Below, piece by piece: positions 57,374 through 64,000 of a stretch of 64,000 nt of DNA. Location of the stretch: NCBI GenBank assembly GCA_002773395.1, contig PFBI01000006.1, positions 242,797 through 306,796 on the forward strand, written 5' to 3'. Position 1 is the stretch's first letter. Each line of letters begins with the position of its first letter. The notes below the pieces were generated by a model. That model worked only from the letters and a program-made list of their open reading frames with translations. It was not told the origin of the DNA and ran no database searches. A program made the position numbers and the translations under genes. The stretch is from Candidatus Kaiserbacteria bacterium CG10_big_fil_rev_8_21_14_0_10_47_16. Its GTDB lineage: Bacteria > Patescibacteriota > Minisyncoccia > Phycocordibacterales > UBA918.

Positions 57374-59545
57374 TTACTCTTCAACCTCAATATCTTTTAT
57401 GCCGCGTTCTTTCTTGATCTCCATTGCGATGTTTGGTGGCACTACTGCGTAGTGGTCAAATTCCATCACCATGTTTGCACGACCTTCAGTCATTGAGCGA
57501 AGTGTCGTTGTGTAGCCAAACATTTCTGAGAGTGGGACTTTCGCATTGATAACCTTCACCATATCGCGGTCTTCCATTCCTTCTACGAGACCACGCTTTG
57601 ATGAGATGTTTCCGTTTACGTCACCCATGAATTTCTCAGGAGTCGTCACTTCAATCTTCATTACCGGCTCAAGGAGCACTGCGTTTGCTCGCTTGGCAGC
57701 AATCTTGAACGCATTGATAGCGGCAAGTTTGAAGGCAATTTCAGAAGAGTCCACATCATGGAAACTACCGTCGTATAGTTCGACAGTCACATCTTCCATT
57801 TTGTATCCTGCAACGAGACCTCGTCCCATCGCTTCTTTCGCTCCCTTCATGACCGCAGGAATGTATTCCCCAGGAATCGCACCTCCCTTGATACTGTTTA
57901 CGAATTCGAAGTGATCTTCACGTGTTACGTTTTTCGCAACTTCTTCACCTTCTGCAAGCGGCTTCATTGGGCGGATACGAATCTTCACGTGACCGTACTG
58001 TCCGCGACCTCCTGACTGCTTTACATACTTGTATTCTGCCTCTGCTTCGTTCTGAATCGTTTCTCGGTATGCTACCTGCGGCTTTCCTGTTGATGCTTCT
58101 ACACCGAACTCTCGCTTCATACGGTCCACAAGAATTTCGAGATGAAGCTCACCCATACCTGCAATAATAGTCTCGAGTGTTTCATCGTCGGTAGAAACCT
58201 TGAATGTTGGGTCCTCGTCAGAAAGTTTCTTGAGGGCCATACCCATCTTTTCTTGGTCATTCTTTGTCTTTGGTTCAATACGCATTGCAACCACTGGTTC
58301 TGGGAAGACGATTTGTTCAAGAATAATCGGTGCATCTTCAGTACAGAGTGTGTGTGAAGTCTTCACATCTTTGAGACCTACACCGGCTGCAATTTCTCCT
58401 GCGTATACTTCCTCCACTTCTTCACGCTTATCAGCCTGAAGACGTACGATACGTCCAAGACGCTCCTTCTCGCCTGTTGAAGCGTTGAAGATGTAGCTTC
58501 CTGACTTTACCGTACCTGAGTACACACGGAAGAAGGCGAGTTGCCCAACGAATGGGTCAGTTTGGAGTTTGAACGCGAGCGCACAAAACGGTGACGTGTC
58601 AGATGCGATACGAGTTTCTTCTGCGTCAGTCTTTGGATTTGTTCCTAATACTGGCGGAAGATCGAGTGGCGATGGGAGGTAGTCCACCACTGCGTCGAGA
58701 ATACGCTGTACACCAACGTTCTTGAGTGCAGAACCAGTCATCACAGGGAAGATGGCATTCGCAATCACCGCCTTTCGGAGTGTTGCTTGGAGCTCATCGT
58801 AGCTTGGTTCATTTCCCTCAAGGTACGCACTCATTTGTTCGTCGTCGTTTTCAACGATACGTTCAACGAGTTCACCGTGGTACTTCTCTGCTTCAGCTCG
58901 GAGTTCATCAGGAATTTCGTGCTCAAGTACGTTCATTCCCATATCACCCTCAAATGTGTATGCCTTCATCTTGAGAAGGTCGATAACACCCTTCAGGTTT
59001 TCTTCAGATCCCCATGGGAGTTGGAATCGTACTGCCTTTGGAGAGAGTCGCTTGATGATTGTTTGGTATGACCGTTCATAGTCAGCACCGGTACGATCCA
59101 TCTTGTTGATGAAACAAATACGCGGCACTCCGGCTTCGTCAGCGTATCGCCAGTTCGTTTCAGATTGTGGCTCTACACCCGCAACACCGTCAAACACAAC
59201 AATCGCTCCGTCGAGTACACGCATCGATCGCTTTACTTCAGCAGTAAAGTCGATGTGTCCCGGAGTATCGATGATGTTGAACGTGAATTTGTGTTCTTTT
59301 GAGGTACGGTCTGGGTTGAGTGATGGCGTCCAATCACATGAAATCGCAGCAGCCGTAATCGTGATACCACGTTCACGCTCCTGATCCATCCAGTCAGTAA
59401 CTGTTTCTCCATCATGCACCTCACCAATCTTGTGACTCATTCCGGTATAGAAAAGCACGCGCTCTGATGTCGTGGTTTTTCCTGCGTCTACGTGCGCAAC
59501 AATACCAAAGTTGCGAAGTCTCTCGAGTGGATATTTTCGAGCCAT
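57374..59545 (-). CDS. fusA: Elongation factor G
   Basis: '[19 protein letters not shown]', 723 aa. Confidence 0.95.
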   Translation of the reverse strand: MARKYPLERLRNFGIVAHVDAGKTTTSERVLFYTGMSHKIGEVHDGETVTDWMDQERERGITITAAAISCDWTPSLNPDRTSKEHKFTFNIIDTPGHIDFTAEVKRSMRVLDGAIVVFDGVAGVEPQSETNWRYADEAGVPRICFINKMDRTGADYERSYQTIIKRLSPKAVRFQLPWGSEENLKGVIDLLKMKAYTFEGDMGMNVLEHEIPDELRAEAEKYHGELVERIVENDDEQMSAYLEGNEPSYDELQATLRKAVIANAIFPVMTGSALKNVGVQRILDAVVDYLPSPLDLPPVLGTNPKTDAEETRIASDTSPFCALAFKLQTDPFVGQLAFFRVYSGTVKSGSYIFNASTGEKERLGRIVRLQADKREEVEEVYAGEIAAGVGLKDVKTSHTLCTEDAPIILEQIVFPEPVVAMRIEPKTKNDQEKMGMALKKLSDEDPTFKVSTDDETLETIIAGMGELHLEILVDRMKREFGVEASTGKPQVAYRETIQNEAEAEYKYVKQSGGRGQYGHVKIRIRPMKPLAEGEEVAKNVTREDHFEFVNSIKGGAIPGEYIPAVMKGAKEAMGRGLVAGYKMEDVTVELYDGSFHDVDSSEIAFKLAAINAFKIAAKRANAVLLEPVMKIEVTTPEKFMGDVNGNISSKRGLVEGMEDRDMVKVINAKVPLSEMFGYTTTLRSMTEGRANMVMEFDHYAVVPPNIAMEIKKERGIKDIEVEE

Positions 59546-59859
59546 AATAATAACTAAATCAATAATTTACTTTGTAATACCTCCCTTTTGGTGTTACGCA
59601 AAAGAAACGCCGGTAGAGCATGTATGAAAACCTGTCGCAATCTAAAGATGAAAAATGCTCGTGCGAAGCGCCGGTGTGGAGGACGAGTTGAACACTGGTT
59701 CAACGAATCCAAACACCAAGCTGCAGCCGAGCAGTTTGCATCGACGATGCGAAACAGAGCTACGCATACCCCTAAAAACCTTGTGTCAGGTTTTCAGATA
59801 TGCTCGTGGCTATTGGGCGATACTATACGGTATTTATGCAGTAAGAGCAACTGGGAATT

Positions 59860-60519
59860 CTACTCTCCTTCTGGTGCAAGGGGGTACTTTTTCATCACTT
59901 CCTCTTTAAACCACTCAGTCTCAATGAGTGCACGTGTCCACGCTTCCACTTTCGGGAAATCAGTAAAATCGAATTCTCCCTCTCGCGTCCGCATGATCTG
60001 ACGAATAAATGGAATAACCGCAATATCTGCGAGCGTGAGCCGTTCATCCACGAGAAAAGAATGTCCGGTCAGTTGTAGTTCTAGTTTCTCGACACGTTGT
60101 CTGAGTGCTGCGGTGTGCGCTATATGTTTTTCTGGGTCAAACTGGAGCTGTTCTCCATACTTATACAAATCAATCATCGGCTTCAACTCGTCAGCACACC
60201 AGGCGAGCCACGTCTGCATTTCTTGATACTCACCCGTTCCCTCGTCCGGTATATACTCGCGACTACCGTGATGCGTGTCCAAAAAAATATTTATATCATC
60301 TGATTCGGGAATGACAGTCTCGCTCCCATCCTCCGCCACAATACGCAGAAGCGGCACTCGCGGTCGTTCTCCGTTTTTCTCTGCCCATTCTTGCAACCAC
60401 TTCGTCCACGCGCGGAGCGGTTCTTCTACCACCTCATACGGAACACCCTTGAGGTGCATCATAATGCGTACCCGAATACAAAACGGGCAGCGGCGGTAAC
60501 TGTGCAGTATGTATTTCAT
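59860..60519 (-). CDS. Glutathione S-transferase/glutaredoxin-like (thioredoxin-fold) protein inserted between fusA and rpsG
   Basis: N-terminal 'YRRCPFCIRVR' (glutaredoxin/GST N-domain CPFC) and a helical GST-C-like C-terminus. Confidence 0.55.
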   Translation of the reverse strand: MKYILHSYRRCPFCIRVRIMMHLKGVPYEVVEEPLRAWTKWLQEWAEKNGERPRVPLLRIVAEDGSETVIPESDDINIFLDTHHGSREYIPDEGTGEYQEMQTWLAWCADELKPMIDLYKYGEQLQFDPEKHIAHTAALRQRVEKLELQLTGHSFLVDERLTLADIAVIPFIRQIMRTREGEFDFTDFPKVEAWTRALIETEWFKEEVMKKYPLAPEGE

Positions 60520-60719
60520 AACAATAGTATATGTATACTACATGAAATACCTGTGGATGCCTTTTCTCAAAGAGTGCGGTAATCCCCTTTTGTCTTTCAA
60601 GCTCCATATTTAGGTGAGATACAAGGCAAACAAGAAAAAAGACCCGAATCGTACTCTGTCGTACGGTGAGGGTCTTTTTTCGTAGTTTAACGAAGGAGAT
60701 CGCTAAATATGGAGCTTGA

Positions 60720-61193
60720 TTACCAAGCGAAGTGAGCAAATGCTCGGTTCGCCTCAGCCATCTTGTGTGTATCTTCCTTCTTCTTCACTGCTGCACCTTC
60801 CTCACGTGCTGCCATCATAATTTCTTGCGCGAGTGCTTTGTGCATTGGGACACCTTTCTGTCCGCGTGCTGCAGTAATAATCCAACGGAATGCGAGTGCG
60901 AGACGTCGTTCTGGACGTACTTCTCGTGGAACTTGATAGTTCGCACCTCCCACACGTCGTGAACGTACTTCCATCTGCGGACCTGCGTTCTGGATCGCTG
61001 TTTCAAAAACAGTGAGTGGATCCCCGCCACCTTCTTTGGCGTTCTTAATTTCTTCAAATGCTGCGTACACGATTTTTCGTGACGTTTCTTTCTGTCCGCG
61101 GATCATCACATAATTGATGAGTCGTGAGACACTTTCTGATTTATATCGTTCGTCAGCAGATACTGCTGGTCGTTTTTTTATTGGTCGTCGCAT
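60720..61193 (-). CDS. rpsG: 30S ribosomal protein S7
   Basis: S7 signature throughout. Confidence 0.9.
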   Translation of the reverse strand: MRRPIKKRPAVSADERYKSESVSRLINYVMIRGQKETSRKIVYAAFEEIKNAKEGGGDPLTVFETAIQNAGPQMEVRSRRVGGANYQVPREVRPERRLALAFRWIITAARGQKGVPMHKALAQEIMMAAREEGAAVKKKEDTHKMAEANRAFAHFAW

Positions 61194-61245
61194 ATTGTTC
61201 CTATCATTTATCTATAGCGAGTATAGTCTATTTATAATGTTTTGC

Positions 61246-61659
61246 TTACGCGGCCTTTGGTCGCTTCGCACCGTATCGTGATCGTCCACGACGGCGTGCA
61301 TCTACACCCGTTGAGTCGTACTTACCTCGTACGATAGTGTAGTTCACACCGATGTCTTTCACACGGCCACCGCGCACAAGTACCACCGAGTGTTCTTGGA
61401 GAGTATGGCCTTGACCTGGGATGTACGCGGTAATTTCCTGACCGTTTGTAAGACGTACACGAGCAATCTTTCGGATCGCAGAGTTCGGCTTACGAGGAGT
61501 CTTTGTTGTTACACGAGTACACACCCCACGCTTAAATGGTGCGTTGTACTTGTTTGGTTGATTCTTTACTTTGTTGAATCCACTTTGTAGCGCCGCAACC
61601 TTTGACTTAGTCACTGGATTACGTCGCTTGTTCTTTGTAAGTTGATTGATTGTTGCCAT
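61246..61659 (-). CDS. rpsL: 30S ribosomal protein S12 (137 aa)
   Basis: '[23 protein letters not shown]', 'GGRVKD'. Confidence 0.9.
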   Translation of the reverse strand: MATINQLTKNKRRNPVTKSKVAALQSGFNKVKNQPNKYNAPFKRGVCTRVTTKTPRKPNSAIRKIARVRLTNGQEITAYIPGQGHTLQEHSVVLVRGGRVKDIGVNYTIVRGKYDSTGVDARRRGRSRYGAKRPKAA

Positions 61660-61732
61660 ATGTTTCTGCGAGCAAAATAAATGCCCGCGAAAGGGTGCCA
61701 GTACTCTACTATATGAGAGAAAATATGCAAGC

Positions 61733-62377
61733 TTATAGCCCGCCGAGTCCGGTCAATGCCTCAAAGATGAAATAGACGAAGGTGAAGAATGGGCCAGAAA
61801 AGAGCGTAATGAATAGGAAGATAAAGAGGAAGGTAAACAAAAGACCCATCCGTTCAATACCTGCCATAATACCGCGGTATTTCATTGCTGCGTTAAAGGG
61901 CAAGAATCCGAGAAGCACTTTTGATCCATCGAGCGGCGGAATAGGAATGAGATTAAAGAGCGCAAGGAGGATGTTGATATATACAATATATGAGCTCAAC
62001 TCTATAAAGGAACCTGAGAGTCCTAGTGGGACAGCCGCTCGAATAATAACGGCAAATATAACTGCGATGAGAATATTTATTCCGGGCCCCGCTGCTGCCA
62101 CGATGGTATCCCCCCACTTTTGGTTTCGTAAATTGTACGGATTGTACGGAACAGGCTTTGCCCATCCGAAGAGAATCCCTGCACTTGAGAGTAAGAGGAG
62201 CGCAGGTACCAACACAGAACCCACGGGGTCAATGTGCTTGATAGGATTGAGCGTAAGACGCCCTGCGAGACGAGCCGTTGGGTCACCAAGCCAGTTGGCA
62301 GCGTACCCATGAGACACCTCGTGGATGACGATTGAAAGAATGAGAACAATAATGATGGCAATACTGGTGCTGTCCAT
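61733..62377 (-). CDS. Peptidase M50 (site-2 protease/SpoIVFB-like) membrane metalloprotease
   Basis: 'HEVSHG' (HExxH), later '[14 protein letters not shown]' (the LDG motif), and about 6 TM helices. Confidence 0.65.
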   Translation of the reverse strand: MDSTSIAIIIVLILSIVIHEVSHGYAANWLGDPTARLAGRLTLNPIKHIDPVGSVLVPALLLLSSAGILFGWAKPVPYNPYNLRNQKWGDTIVAAAGPGINILIAVIFAVIIRAAVPLGLSGSFIELSSYIVYINILLALFNLIPIPPLDGSKVLLGFLPFNAAMKYRGIMAGIERMGLLFTFLFIFLFITLFSGPFFTFVYFIFEALTGLGGL

Positions 62378-62485
62378 AGTCCTCTTATACTACGGTATAT
62401 CGATCCTATCTCAAAATAACTGCCGGCAGCGCATATTGCGTATTTACTGCGGTGTGTTACTATGGCGCCACTAAACGAAATCCAT

Positions 62486-62728
62486 ATGGCTAAGCAATGT
62501 CCAGTAACCGGAAAGAAAACCCAGATTGGGGGACGCTACTCAAACCGCACTCGTGCGACGCAGTTTAACCCATGTGGCAAAACTCGACGTCAGCCAAATC
62601 TCCAGAAGAAGCGAATCTATATTCCTGAGCTTCAGAAGACAGTGACGGTTACTGTTTCAACAAAAGCACTTCGTACAATTGCAAAGAACGGTGCGTACGT
62701 AACACTCAAAGGAGCAGGACTTATCTAA
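62486..62728 (+). CDS. rpmB: 50S ribosomal protein L28
   Basis: 'MAKQCPVTGKKTQIGGRYSN...TQFNP' matches the L28 N-terminal pattern (C.VTGK....GN..SHA). Confidence 0.75.
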   Translation: MAKQCPVTGKKTQIGGRYSNRTRATQFNPCGKTRRQPNLQKKRIYIPELQKTVTVTVSTKALRTIAKNGAYVTLKGAGLI

Positions 62729-63030
62729 GTTCACAGAGCAAAACAAAAGCCCCGCGACAGAGTCGCGGGGCTTTTGTTTTAATATGAAAAAAGAGGTGGG
62801 TATATTATTCCCGCACCTCCCTCTTTTCGACGACCTTCATCGTTCGACTTTTGAAGTCGAAAATCTTTTTTGGCTGCACGAGCACGAGCGGTATCCCATC
62901 GCACTTCATACAAAATTTTTCTCCTCTCGAATGTGAAACCCCCGAGTGGCACGCACGACACATATATACGTCACGCGATATCGTCTTGGCTGATGCGTTC
63001 ATAGATCTTCCTTTCCACTTGTAGCGTACC

Positions 63031-63927
63031 TTATTTGATAGTAACTGCAATGCCATTTGATATTGCCATGATTGTCCCTTCATCAATCGTACTGTGCGTC
63101 TCCACACCATAGTTAAAGAGTGAGTCAGTCACTTCTACGTGGGGGTGCCCGTACTGATTGTTTTTCCCTGCAGAAATAATTGCATACGTTGGCGAAACTT
63201 CTGCCAAGAAGAGCTCCGATGTCGACGTACGTGAACCATGGTGCCCAACCTTGAGTACATCAGCCTTCAAGTACTCACCGTCACGAAGTACTAAATATTC
63301 TTCAATCGCTTTCGGAGAATCCCCCGTAAAGAGAAACGACGTACTTCCATACGTGAGACGAACAATGATTGATGACGTGTTACTCTCAAGCCCACTCGGA
63401 TCAATGTCAGGAAACAAAACCTCAAGCGCCGCGCCGCCGCCAAGGTCATACGTTTGACTACGGCGTGCATAGATGATTTTTGCACCTTCAGCATTCATTC
63501 CTCGTTCTACTTCTTGCCAGACTGGTGTACCGCTTTCATTCTCAGTGCGCAAAATAGTACCGACGGTGTATCTATCAAACACATCAACAAATCCTGCAAC
63601 GTGATCTTTATCAGGATGCGTCACAATCACCATATCGATATCTTTATCAAAAAATCCCATGACCGCGGAGAGCTCCCGAATCACACTACTGTCTGGCCCT
63701 GCATCAATGAGTACCTGCTCACCTGTTGGAGACACAATCAGCGTCGCGTCTCCCTGTCCAATATTTAAATAGTACATACAGAACTCACCTTCAGGGCACG
63801 ACTCGCTGCCGCCAACCGAACCGTCCCCGAATATGGCTCCGCCATATTCGGGGACATACAACACCACCGTTGCCAAAAGCAACACCCCAAGTACCACACT
63901 TCGCACCATAATTTGAGTCCGCAACAC
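63031..63927 (-). CDS. ComEC/Rec2-associated metallo-beta-lactamase-fold domain protein
   Basis: 'GDATLIVSPTGEQVLIDAGPD' and 'VTHPDKDHVAGF' match the MBL motifs of the ComEC C-terminal domain. N-terminal TM. Confidence 0.65.
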   Translation of the reverse strand: MLRTQIMVRSVVLGVLLLATVVLYVPEYGGAIFGDGSVGGSESCPEGEFCMYYLNIGQGDATLIVSPTGEQVLIDAGPDSSVIRELSAVMGFFDKDIDMVIVTHPDKDHVAGFVDVFDRYTVGTILRTENESGTPVWQEVERGMNAEGAKIIYARRSQTYDLGGGAALEVLFPDIDPSGLESNTSSIIVRLTYGSTSFLFTGDSPKAIEEYLVLRDGEYLKADVLKVGHHGSRTSTSELFLAEVSPTYAIISAGKNNQYGHPHVEVTDSLFNYGVETHSTIDEGTIMAISNGIAVTIK

Positions 63928-64000
63928 TCATTTATTATAGAGTACGCCTCATCCACCGTTTATTTTAGGTGTGGTACAATTCCTCGACATTAGTAAGTCT

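Noticed and set aside
1-64000. CRISPR arrays, rRNA genes, transposases or integrases
   Set aside because: No direct-repeat/spacer array, no rRNA-like conserved blocks, and no ORF with transposase DDE or tyrosine-recombinase motifs was found. The mobile-element evidence consists of repeat scars only.

Overview
This 64 kb bacterial window has about 50% GC, no rRNA genes and no CRISPR array. Broken ribosomal-protein operons, many small secreted hypothetical proteins, and tRNA and tmRNA genes that lack an encoded CCA suggest, at low confidence, an uncultivated candidate-phyla-radiation (CPR, Patescibacteria-like) lineage. Housekeeping genes run through most of the window: PyrD and PyrC, FtsH, SmpB with a tmRNA gene (ssrA), a PurC-like gene, DnaB, RecR, ribosomal proteins L21 and L33, RmuC, a P-type ATPase, KsgA, PcrA/UvrD, an M23/LysM peptidase, ComM/YifB, PNPase, and the S15, S10-spc and str ribosomal blocks with EF-Tu and EF-G. 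Between roughly 19.2 and 31.7 kb lies an 11-gene minus-strand cell-surface locus that I consider the most interesting feature. It starts with an ECF sigma factor and an overlapping membrane anti-sigma candidate, followed by a Spy/CpxP-like LTXXQ repeat protein and a strong terminator. The rest is an operon of two paralogous TasA/camelysin-like proteins with textbook SipW-cognate signal peptides, a SipW-type signal peptidase I, a third SipW-cognate protein carrying a lamin-tail domain and a long acidic tail, a Sec-secreted protein with a poly-Gly tract and a C-terminal polytopic membrane domain, a CAP-domain protein, and an Ig-like type I membrane protein with a histone-H1-like Lys-rich tail. 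It looks like a sigma-controlled TasA/SipW-type extracellular fibre system with no equivalent I recognise in this kind of genome. Other notable features are: a tRNA with anticodon UAU flanked by partial tRNA copies; a 27 bp perfect palindrome present twice 18.6 kb apart; a roughly 1 kb islet carrying a DUF218 gene at the tmRNA 3' end with 43 bp direct repeats and a third partial att copy; a four-member 70-170 bp intergenic repeat family sitting at the break points and insertions of the ribosomal-protein operons; a bacterial SET-domain protein; and a duplicated zinc-ribbon protein.
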